A DNA stretch of 62,574 nt, filler included, from Nemertoderma westbladi (Eukaryota > Animalia > Xenacoelomorpha): the NCBI GenBank assembly GCA_032718475.1. It is 3 parts of 3 records of this genome, joined end to end, with 100 filler letters (N's around TTAATTAATTAA, not from the genome) between each part and the next. Parts side by side here need not be neighbours in the genome. Positions count along the whole stretch, not along the records: positions 24,356 to 46,170 come from JAUCBJ010003892.1; positions 46,271 to 62,574 come from JAUCBJ010004590.1; 1 more part is not named here. The stretch is one strand, 5' to 3'. Positions within the stretch are counted from its first letter, which is position 1; every line of letters starts with the position of its first letter. Below are positions 36,713 through 48,005 of the stretch, piece after piece. Below the pieces are notes generated by a model that saw only the letters and a program-made list of their open reading frames with translations, was not told the origin of the DNA and ran no database searches. The translations under genes were made by a program, and so were the position numbers.

Positions 36713-39465
36713 CTATAGGGGCTGTTGCGCTGTCAGTCAGAGAGGTAACGGCCCGTGGGGTAAGGATTTACCCATGGGGCGCTAACTATCAGATAGTCTG
36801 ATACCAACTGTCAGACAGTCTTTTTCAACTATCAGATAGATGATCGCCCAGTTCAGCAGTTACAAGTTGCCGATAATAGTTGTATTTTTTAAACCCCGAG
36901 TGTTGTTCTTGTTGACCGAGTCTGTTACTTCCGAAATCGTTGGTCGTGGTGCCGGTGCCGGAATTCTGGCTTTGATTAAAAGCACTGAACTGCTGAACGA
37001 TGGCGGAATCTACGAAACCCGGCCGGATTCCTAATCCATAATCCGAGGAGGCGACGGAGTCAATTAAACGTAAACAATGAAACGATCGCGATGGACAATG
37101 GAGTCTATTCAATGTATCCAGAACGATACGATGGCGACGGAGTCTATTACAGTATTAAACACGCAACCAAAGCGATCAGACGATGGCGAAGTAATCTACA
37201 AAACAGAGAACGACAGGAAGGCGATGGAGTTTATTAAACCCAGTAAGATGATGCATAGCGAAGCGATCGAGACGGATAACGGAGTCTATTTGCAGTATTA
37301 AACCTGGAACGAAGACGGTGGAATCTATAGGCAGATAGGCCTAACCCTGGAACAATGCGAACAAGGCTACTCTAAAGTTAGACTAGACTGGTTTGTGAGA
37401 TTAACTTGCCAATACTAACTCAATACAATGTGCTTTCTTCGAATTCCTAATAATATATTTTAATCTTAATAATAATTATTCAACATCAATTATTTTATTT
37501 TAATCTTAATAATAATTATTCAACATCAATTATTTTATAAGTCTTGTCAATGTATAAGATTGCTAAAGACTAAAGAGCTAATTTTAGGAAAATCTGCCTT
37601 ATATTTTTAGAATTATTATAATTAATTTTGTTATGTTTATAATGAATTGTATCTTTTGACAGACTACTTCATGTGCGACCGTGATAATAAAATTAAATGG
37701 TGCCGAAATATTTTCACTTAGCTGCAGGTAGGGGGGGGGGGGGGTGGGGGGGCAATCAACATTCTTCCCTCTCCAGGTGAAAATCGACGCAAATAACAGC
37801 TTGTTTACTACTGAAATAAAACTGCATCCTGTTCTATAGGAAAAAACATTATAGGGGAAACTTTAGCAAGTTGTGTTTATTTTAACCGATAGACAAGATT
37901 ACATGTTTACCAAGTTTGGTATAATTTAGTCAAAGATTGAATGAGTTAAGATTTTAAATTATCAGTGGAGGGTGAAGGCGGTTGGCCAGGATTCAGTTAT
38001 ACTTGAATAAAGAATAGTGATTAAACCAAGGGATACGCGATATGACACTGCTGTATAAGATCATTGAATGACTGTTGATTTCGAAACATTTAATTCAAAA
38101 CTATGTAAATGTTAATATAATGTTGGATTTTTTTTTGTAATAATTAACAGATTAATTATATTTCATTAATTTATTTTTTTATCTAATCACATTATTAAAT
38201 AACGAAGCACAGAAATAATACTAAGATTTAATATTGAATTGAAGGTACAGTACCGAATTGAATATTTGAATGGGAGAATCTTTTAGGCTCGTTAAGCCAA
38301 GGAATGCCTGTTCACCACCATGGGTGATCTTCCACAGTAAACCCTTCCACTCTGTTTCCCAAGTTGCCTTGGTTACCAATCGACCACTGAAGGATGAAAG
38401 CCGGGGTTGGGCTAGGCTGCAGCACTGTGCCCAAACAGTACTGCCCCATCTAGGGATCGAACATTGAATATTTGAGATTGCATAAGATATAGTATTGAAT
38501 ACCGTCATCCCGTTGGTGACTCCATTCCATTGGCAACCATTTCGATTGGTTTCGGCTCTTCAGTCCCCGACTAGACCGATGATCGGCGTGGTTGCTGTCC
38601 CCATGACTGATGCTGCATTACCAACCAAAATTGCCATCTCCAGGCGCTGGAGCAGAAACTGGTGTGACCGCGGTTCGTGGGTGGCACTGTGGAGACGAGC
38701 CCCGATCTCCCGGAGGAAGGTGGATGTCTCTGGACCAGGGCGGCCAAAGGTCTCAAAGGCCACGGGGTGAAAGAAATGGTCCCGGTCCATTAGGTCGCGA
38801 TACTTAGAGTTTTTAACTGTTTAATGCGCTCCGCCCCCTCAGCTGAGTGCCCCTCGGCAATAATGGTTTGTTGAAGGTGGCTGGGGGCCAGTGGATCTAG
38901 TAATAATTAACGCAAAGATATGATTCGGTAGGCCTACGTGATATTAGTTTCTCAAACCAAACCTATCCATCCATTGACGTCCAAATATATCAAATTTCTC
39001 AATCCATACTAATCCGTATGTAATAATGTACACTGTAATGCAATACCGGTAATGTCAATGTCCAACCAAACAATGCGTTGAGTGTTATCGGACCAGCCTC
39101 CGAGAAATATTAGGCTAACTGTACCTCGCTCTGTCGCATCAGTTTTTGTAGTGGTCTCGCTGTCTGTAGTTCCAGGCTACCAGAATCCGTTAGGCGTAGT
39201 GCATGATATAGAATCAGCACATCCTGACATCTGTGCAACACCTGAACTCACGAGAGCATTTTACAGATGGTGGTCTAATTTATATGGTCTTGTACCGCGA
39301 AATCGTGTATTATTTACAGATGTAGGCTAAATTTCGGGTCTTGTACCGTGCACAGTACTGGTGGGCCTACACAGCTACTGCTATTTTGCCTAATACAGGT
39401 CCCAGAGGTAAATCCTTACCCCACGGGCTGTTACCTCTCTGACTGACAGCGCAACAGCCCTCTCT
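36713..39465. mobile_element. Mutator-like non-autonomous element (nested level 3)
   Basis: ~55-bp TIR (GGGCTGTTGCGCTGTCAGTCAGAGAGGTAAC...GGATTTACC); 9-bp TSD CGAAGTATG at 36704-36712 and 39466-39474. Confidence 0.82.
38480..38900 (-). mobile_element. 3' fragment of a CRE-like non-LTR element (restriction-like endonuclease C-terminus)
   Basis: DPLAPSHL...AE...KNSKYRDL...FHPVAFETFG...FLLQRLEMAILVGNAASVMG, a typical CRE-clade C-terminal pattern. Confidence 0.75.
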
Positions 39466-39484
39466 CGAAGTATGGCTGGTTGAC

Positions 39485-40643
39485 GGGTAAATCTTTTCGA
39501 CCTACGCGTAGGCCTACGCGTAGCTACGCGTAGATACGCGTAGTTTGTAACTTCCATTCCTGTCATTTACCGGTAGGGCCAGACTTACTGCCTTTTTAAC
39601 AACTACGCGTAGGTGTTTTAAAACTACGCGTAGTTATTTTGGAACTACGCGTAGGTATTTTGAAACTACGCGTAGGTGCTACGCGTAGCTACGCGTAGCA
39701 GTCCTGATAACAATGATTTTTCATTTCAGGTCCGGTAGGGTTGAGTTGTTAGGCAAGTATCGGTATATGTCAGGTATCTGATTATCAGACAAATGTAATA
39801 ACAGAATCGGAAACTCATATCTCTACATACAGCACTGGTAATAAATAATATTCGGCTCTTTCATATACAAACACAGAGGATGAATAAAAAGTAAACTTAA
39901 AATTCACGTCTCATGATTCAAGTATCTTTGTTTCCATTGGATTATTTAAATATTGAATAGAAGTAAATTAAGCGACCAGTCTACCGGTGAAGAGGTTAAG
40001 CGAAAGCTGATAAATACTGCATATAATCAAATTGTTTGGTCAAATGACAAGTGCAACCAATCATGGTAGACAATTTAGTCTCCCCCTTCCCTTGTCAAGG
40101 GGTTAACATATTAAATACAGTATATATCCTTGCCCTATCGTGAACAAAGGCAATAAAAAGCATAGAGAATCGATAAGAACCATCGGCCTATTTCCTTTGG
40201 AAACTATTTTTGAACTCTAAACATTAATTATTAACACATTTTACCGCCCGCAACGCACGAAGTGAAGAATATGTAGTTTTCGCGTATTCCTCTATATAGA
40301 GTATACAGGTATATAGGATACATTACTGTTGAAAGCATTTGATGGTTGTGGGTTGTTTATTGAACATACCGTATTGTGTCTTATTTTAGTACTGACTCTC
40401 TTGGAATACGTAAGCCTACTAATGATAAACTACGTATAGGCATAGTTATGGGTAGCACCTATGCGTAGGTCGCGTAGGACCTACGCGTAGCACCTACGCG
40501 TAGCTACGCGTAGCACCTACGCGTAGTTATTGTTAAAACTCTGAAACTGGTGATATATGACCCAATGTTGCGAACTACGCGTAGCTACGCGTAGCTACGC
40601 GTAGCTACGCGTAGGCCTACGCGTAGGTCGAAAAGATTTACCC
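39485..40643. mobile_element. MITE with GG termini and CTACGCGTAG palindromic subterminal repeats
   Basis: Perfect TIR GGGTAAATCTTTTCGACCTACGCGTAGGCCTACGCGTAG; 8-bp TSD TGGTTGAC at 39477-39484 and 40644-40651. Confidence 0.9.
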
Positions 40644-40810
40644 TGGTTGACCATTGAAATGAATTTGGTAAAGGTATTCGGCGTTCACGTGGGCTAAACA
40701 AATTTAAACAGTACAGTTTTAGCACTATACATTAATATAGATAGGGCAACAGACAAACTGTCTATGACACAAATACCAACACATTCCGATAGCCCGCAAT
40801 TACGGCGTCT

Positions 40811-41263
40811 CTAAAGAGCCCAAATATAAATTAATAAAATCCTCTATGAAACAATAAAAATTCCTACAAAAAATACTGCTGTATTAAATATTAGTTACTG
40901 CAGTAACATATAATAATTACTGCAGTAACAAATATTTATTACTGCAGTAATAAATATTTATTACTGCAGTAATAAATATTTATTACTGCAGTAACAAATA
41001 TTTATTACTGCAATAATCAATATTAATAAATTAATAAATAATTGAATAAAAATTAATACTGCAGTAATCAATATTAGTAAATAATTGAATAAAAATTTCT
41101 ACTGCAGTAACAAATTATTTGTTACTGCAGAAAAAGACAATTTTTTATTACTGCAGTAAGTTTAATTCTTACTTTCAGTAACAAATATTTATTACTGCAG
41201 TATTTTTTGGAGGCATCTTTATTGTTTCATAGAGGTTTTTATTACTTATATTTTACCCTTTAG
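40811..41263. mobile_element. Foldback MITE with internal TTACTGCAGTAA tandem units
   Basis: CCTCTATGAAACAATAAA arm is inverted at 41218-41235; ~22-bp palindromic units inside. Confidence 0.7.
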
Positions 41264-42353
41264 TAGTCAAAGTCAATATACCCCATACCATAGCCAGCTT
41301 CAGGCAGGACTGTATGAAATGACTGACAGTACTACTTTGAAATCTTTGAGGACACTTTGTCATTTTCTTGGACCACTTTTAGAAATTTGAGACACTTTTA
41401 GTTCTTTGAGAAAATCTCAAAGAACAGATGCACTTTGAGACCCCGACTGTATAATCTCTGACAGTATTATTCACTTTCGGGGAAATATTAACAGTTCCTT
41501 TAGGACGTGGCGCTTTAAGTATAAAAACAGAGTTATGATTTATACTAATCACAACTGGATGGCTACTGAGTTTCGTAAAAAGCGCATTCTTTAGGAGATG
41601 CTTTATTAACCTTCACACTACTTCACACGACTTCACACTAGTTCACACTACTGCGCACTGATCTGCCGACCGTCACTGAATTTGATCATATATAAGGAGG
41701 ATCGCAACTGACACATGTAGGGATTATGAAATAGCATTCAATTCACACAAAAACCACTATAATGTAAGTCGCAGTTGCTACCGGTAAACCTGTTCCTCTA
41801 ACCTTTAGTAATCAAGAAGATTGGGGGTTTTATGATTATTCATCGGTATTCTCCAAATATATCAGCAATATACACCAACATAACACCAATTAATAACAGA
41901 ATCAAATAATGCGGTGAACAGTCAGTATGTGTTACTTATGCAGTGTTCCATGTGCAGCAATGCATGAATTGCGGTGTGATGCGGTAGTTGAATCGCGTTG
42001 CGTAGTGCCGCGATGTTTCAGTGATTCAGATATGAAGTATGATTCAGCAATGATTCAGTTAATAGTTTTACGTTCTTGTAATCAAAGCCATCTGATGTTT
42101 CTGATGTTTAGGTCAAAGTCTGAAACTTCCAACACAGAAGTACAGAAGAATTTCCAAGCAGTTGTTCTCGCTCAGAAAGGTAAACAAAGACCGTAATGCA
42201 TTGCGCGGTTTTCCGTAGGCCTCTGTTCACGATAAAATGAAAATCGCTCTGATTGGCTGAGTTGAGCGAGCTGAACAAAGAGAGGCTCCACGTGTACAGT
42301 AAACCAGCTGGCAGATTTCGTCATCTGAATTACAGTCTTTAGAGTATTAAGCG

Positions 42354-42484
42354 CATTGCGGAGAAAATGGCTTGTTATGTCCGCTAAAACACCTTCACGG
42401 TACATTGCGGAGAAAATGGCTTGTTATGTCCGCTAAAACACCTACACAGTATATTGCGGAGAAAAATGACCTGTTATATCCGCA
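42354..42484. repeat. ~48-bp tandem repeat, ~3 copies
   Basis: CATTGCGGAGAAAATGGCTTGTTATGTCCGCTAAAACACC is repeated. Confidence 0.8.
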
Positions 42485-42918
42485 AAAGCTTTTACATGTA
42501 CAGAAGCCCAGAATATGCACCTTTGTTTGACAAACGTCCGACACCTAAAATATGTCCGTAATGCGATTGGATTTCAAACATGATTATATGGCTTTAACCG
42601 GCACTAAAATGTCACATAAAACAATAGTTAATTCCAGCAAGTAGTTAACCAATTTGTTCCGGGTAGGGCCAGGATCCGTAGTACATACCGTTTCGAGATT
42701 CCCACTTTTGAAGGTCTACCAAACTAATTTACTGAATCCATAGGGTAACCGTCAATGAACTACAATTTATTTATGTTCGATAAGCATGTGGAATAGTCGT
42801 TGGTATTACCATCACTACTACTATATGACTGTTGCTACCTGTTACCTGTTTCGTTAGGCCAATGATTTTACTTTCAAGATGGGTCATTGTTATAAATGTT
42901 GTCGCGCTCAAGACTCAA

Positions 42919-43215
42919 GTGCTGTTACCCCCCCCCCCCCCCCCCCCCCTAATCCTGTTAGACCATGTATATAATTTTATTATTACTCATTTCCCTCATT
43001 TGATAACATCATTGCTTATTTTTACCGTCTCCATAACTTGCTCTTTTCCCCAAATTGGTAACATCTATTTATTGTTTTGGAGAGAAAAATAATAGTATGT
43101 TTTTGCTTATCAGTAATCTACAGTAGATTGAAACATTTTGAAATATTGTATGTGTTTGGGGGGTAGGGAACAAGATCAATCGCTAAGTACGACGGTGGGA
43201 GGGGGGTAACAGCAC
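42919..43215. mobile_element. Small MITE-like inverted repeat
   Basis: GTGCTGTTACCCCCC ... GGGGGGTAACAGCAC. Confidence 0.5.
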
Positions 43216-44595
43216 GGGACGATACTTCCATTGATTTATCCACATTAGTACAAATATAAGAAACTGGAGAAGTCTGTTATAATTGGAACGTCCAACACCA
43301 AAATTCCGACACAAAACGTCCGACACCATTTAATTTACAATCAAACTGCAAAAACTGTGTGTTAGAGTGATGATATTAAAAAGTTTGATATATATTAGTT
43401 AACCACATACATAGTTGCAGATTATTGTGGTTAACCATAATTTAACCATTTAGCAATAATACATAAAAAAAGCGATAAAAAAATGTACAGTTCGATAAAC
43501 ATTGCATAGCTTGAAAAGTTGTGAACGAAATTATTTTATTTTTCTACCCCCGTAAAGTAGAGATGTTGTTTAAGACTAAGCGAATATGAACCCTCGCCTT
43601 CATTACCAACAAAGTACAAATAAAAGAACCCGGATTAGTGGGAAATCCAAACGTCCGACACCAAACGTCCGACACCATTTCAATTCCAATCAAACTACAA
43701 AAACTGTATGTTAGATTTAGGAAATTACAAAGGTTGGATTAATAATAGGTAATAATAGGTAGCCAAATAGTTTATGATCACTGTGGTTAGCCAAAATTTG
43801 CAAAAGCTCTCATCGGCACTGTTACACGAATGTTTGAATTTTTACCCAAAAATTACTGTCCCAAAACTCAAACGTCAGACACCCACTTTTTAAACTCCAA
43901 TTTCTAAAAGTCCAGTTTAGTTATCAGTGGACTCATTATGAGTTCTCATATAGAGCTACGAATTTGGGGTAGTATAAGCATTACTCTGATTGACCTTGAA
44001 TTAACAACTTCCTACAAATAGTAAAAAACAACCAAAATTTGGGTTTGCCCCAACGTCCGACACCACGGAATTCACCATAAAAGCTTGTATTAAAGTAACA
44101 CTTTAAAAGGCATTTTACCTGTATATTGGCCGAGTTTAGATGCTCACTCCCAGCAGCCCAGGTTTTAGACTCATGTAGTACTGCCGTACTGCTGTATACG
44201 ACAACGAGTACACCAACAGCAGCAGCAGCAGGCCCAGTCTGCTAGTACTGTCTGACTGTAGTATAGTCCTGTCCTGTAGTCAGACAGTAGTACCATTAGA
44301 TAAGCCCATTAGATAAGCTGACAGGCCTAGGGCCTAGGCCTATATTTATGTATTTTGAAAACTCTATCCAGTTTCCAGTACAGTAGTCTGGTAGTAGCTG
44401 CTGTTCTGTATCTCTCTCTCCAGCTCTCCCTATTACTATTAGCAGATTAGGCCTACAGGATTACAGATTAGGCCTACTCTCTGACTCTACTACTCTATTA
44501 GTTCAACCTTCAGCATTCTCCTGTTCTCACAACTGCACAACACATTTTTCTATTGATATTACTGTATTAGCTATTACATCTGTCTTCGAGTCATC

Positions 44596-45724
44596 ATGAA
44601 TCTCCTCGGATTGGAGTCAGTTCTACCGTTGGATGATGTGATGCGAATGAATAAGCGGCAGGTATAAATTATTTTGCTACCGGTACGCGGTACCTCCTAA
44701 TAATGTACATCCATGGCTGCATGGTGCTATGGTTGGTCCTGTGTCCTGGTGGGTGCAAGTTTATTCAATCCAATATTTCCGTATATTTTCTTAATATTTT
44801 AATTTATAGTTGTGCTACCAAGTTCTCAACTTTGGTATGATTGTGAGTTCCGCTCTGATGATATGGAAGGGTTTAATGGTATTAACCGGTAGCGAATCGC
44901 CTATAGTTGTAGTGCTGAGCGGCAGTATGGAACCGGCGTTCCACAGAGGAGACCTCCTCTTCCTAACCAACATCAATGAGGATCCCATTCGTGTCGGCGA
45001 CATCTGTGTCTTCAAGATTAAGGATAGGGACATTCCTATAGTCCACAGGGTTATTAAAGTCCACGAACAGTAAGTGAATATCCGTCAGTGGCTTTACCGG
45101 TCAGACATGAGGGTGATATTCCCCATTTATCTTCTTTTATATTGCTATATTAATTTACTTAGGCCTATTTATATTTTATATATATAAAGCAGTTGGTACA
45201 AAATAAATTATATATTTATTATTTATTTATTTATTAATATTATACAACGTTTTTCTGAAATTATCATATATTATCAATGGTAGCTGGGTAGATGACAATA
45301 TTTAATATCTTAATTTGTGTTTGTCTATTTTCAATAAAGTGTTGAGGAACTGTATTCCAAAGTATTGAATTTTTATAGTCAATGAATTGATTTACAAAGA
45401 GTTATCGTCAGTGGCAGTTTTCTATAATATATAATTGTATAGACAGACAGATTGACAGACAGACTGACACCGGTTTAATTATCTTTGTGCTGCAGGGCGG
45501 ACGGTAATTCTATCTTCCTAACCAAAGGCGACAACAACAACGTGGACGACCGGGGTCTGTACGCGGAGGGTCAGATGTGGCTCAGTAGGTCCGATGTGAT
45601 TGGTCGAGCCCGTGGTTACGTGCCTTACGTTGGCATGGTAACTATCATAATGAACGACTACCCTAAGTTTAAGTACTTGGTGTTGGCAGTGCTGGGGATA
45701 TTTGTTCTAATCCATAGAGAATGA
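44596..45724 (+). CDS. SEC11: Signal peptidase complex catalytic subunit SEC11 (SPC18/21), 184 aa
   Basis: Exons 44596-44661, 44810-45069 and 45496-45724 join in frame. Catalytic motifs [15 protein letters not shown] and [11 protein letters not shown]; C-terminus VLIHRE. Confidence 0.96.
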
Positions 45725-46170
45725 CGGCTATTTTATTGATCTAGGGTTTTATATTTCGAGGCAGTATCAGGTGGTTTAGGTCGATCTGTTTAATTGTTCT
45801 GTTCATTCAATGTGCTATTTATTTTGTTATACAACTTCGGAACTTTTATACCGGCCAACAACGACGGAATGTGTTACGGTTTTATGTGGTTGGTTCGCGA
45901 CGCGACCCTTTTATGGACTCCCAATACTTTGTGTTCAGAGTTTCCTTTATTTGTATCAGTGGTGGATTATTTGAACACATAAACCACTCGATGTGGTGTC
46001 AGTTTTATATTCAGTAAATCCCTATTTGGCCCGGGGTGTCATTTTGTAATGGTTTTGTAATTCATCTATATCTTTGAGCCAGGTTTATTGTAAAACCGAG
46101 ATTTCAAGACTTAATGGGCTGTCAAACAGAGCAAACGCCATTTATATGGCTGTATTAGTATTGGTAGTTT

Positions 46171-46270
46171 NNNNNNNNNNNNNNNNNNNNNNNNNNNNNN
46201 NNNNNNNNNNNNNNTTAATTAATTAANNNNNNNNNNNNNNNNNNNNNNNNNNNNNNNNNNNNNNNNNNNN
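46171..46270. other. Assembly gap with artificial TTAATTAATTAA spacer
   Basis: Same format as 24256-24355. Confidence 0.97.
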
Positions 46271-46547
46271 ATGAATAGTGTCTATACTATAACTAACTAT
46301 CACTTTGCAAATATTTTTAGCATATTGAGGTATCATTTTTTTATCATTCTAATTCAAAAAATCTAATTATAACACTCGATAATACGTAACATACGATAAT
46401 TTGCATATCACAATTACATGTACTGTACAGCTGTGTAGTATATTGCATACATAGTCTGACAGTAAGTAGCCTAGACAAGACATGCTAGATAAATATTTAA
46501 AACAATAAACATGTCAGCCTGCTCATAAGTCATGATCCATTCTACAT

Positions 46548-46811
46548 GGTCTCTGGAATTCTTAGCCCGCGAGTATCCTTAGCCCGCGAGTATTCTTAGC
46601 CCGTGGGTATTCTTAGCACGTGGGTATTCTTAGCCTGTGGGTATTCTTAGCCCGAAAAACAATAACGTTTATTGTTTTGGTTCCCCCAATACGCCTCTGA
46701 AACCTGATCCTTTACTAACGTGCTCCTTTACTAACTCGCGGGCTAAGAATACTCGCGGGTTAAGAATACCCGCGGGCTAAGTATACTCGCTGGCTAAGAA
46801 TTCACCCAACC
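46548..46811. mobile_element. 264-bp MITE built from inverted 17-bp tandem units
   Basis: GG...CC termini; GAGTATTCTTAGCCCGC units are inverted in the right arm; 8-bp TSD TTCTACAT at 46540-46547 and 46812-46819. Confidence 0.85.
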
Positions 46812-48005
46812 TTCTACATAATTATGCCAAACAGTTTATTGTGGCACCATCAACTCACAACAATCTGACAATTGAATCATCAAATCCCCTGATCATCATG
46901 CAGATTTTTTGGGTTTTCTAATAGTTTTGTACAAGCCATAAGCTGATAAGAATTAGTACCGTATTAGTCAGACTCAGAACATGAAATAATTTATAATTAT
47001 ATGTGGCGAATTGACAGCCATATGTCCCTAAAATCTGCGGCGAATAGTCTTGGGGCGAATCGACCCGCACCCCGTGGATTAATAAAATGATCCACACCGT
47101 GGCTTTGGATCAAAACAAACATATAAAGGATGTCGATTTTGTCATATCTTTGATTCTGGTATTTCATCAGGAATTATGTAGGGATCAGGAAGGCTAAGAC
47201 ATGGTAGTTCCGACTTCCATTGACCTGGAAGTTGGAATCACATCGAAATATTAAATTGACGCTCATTTGCTTGAGCAGTAAAGCATCGCACTGTTGGTTA
47301 TCAATCCTTCAAGTTCGACGTTGTAGAGATATTTTATTTTGAAAAATATATACACTACGTCCCGTAATATAGTGTCATTTTCACATTAGTCGTTCTTCAT
47401 TAAACAATTTTCATATCAATAGAAAGCTTGAGTTGCAAGGATTCCAAATATGTAACAATATCTGAGTTTCGTTGAGAAACAGCTGAGATATAGGCGTTCA
47501 AATATTGCACGAAGTATTGTTCACTGGAGGCCATTTATTCTATTAAATAAATACACAAAATTATAGCACGTGCTATTTATTATATATAAATTTGTATATA
47601 AAAAATATATAAATATATATATATGTATATATATAAAATTGTAACATTACTCAATGCCGTTAGTATTAACGTTGTTATTTAGCACTTTACAACTTTAGAG
47701 GATATTACAGTGTTGTATTGGCCTGTACATCTAGTATCGTATTTGTGTATTATTATGATGTAATCTTCCATTGGCGTGAATTTACATCACGCCGTTATGG
47801 TTACCACATAAACAATAGTTGGTATTTATTATTAATTGCCTGACAGCCAGATAGGTATACTGCATTAGCTACCGGTAGCTATAAATAACCAGTAGAAACA
47901 GTATAAACTAGTAGTTTAAGCAGTATAAAAAACTATTAACATTGCTTCAAACGCTACCATAAATATAAGCTAACTTTTTTATAACATAATTTATGTCATT
48001 TTTAC

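Larger units (their letters stand above)
35471..41449. mobile_element. Tc1/mariner-type non-autonomous element (nested level 2)
   Basis: ~45-bp TIR CAGTCGGGGTCTCAAAGTGCATCTGTTCTTTGAGATTTTCTCAAAG with its reverse complement at 41404-41449; TA flanks. Confidence 0.85.
35004..44076. mobile_element. Outer non-autonomous DNA transposon of a nested cluster (4-bp TSD class)
   Basis: Termini GGTCAATTCC...GGAATTCACC flanked by ATAA on both sides. AACGTCCGACAC-type motifs recur near 35145, 42533, 43288-43325, 43650-43676, 43872 and 44052. Confidence 0.6.

Noticed and set aside
37455-37538. ~42-bp perfect tandem duplication
   Set aside because: Ordinary local duplication in AT-rich DNA inside a transposon.
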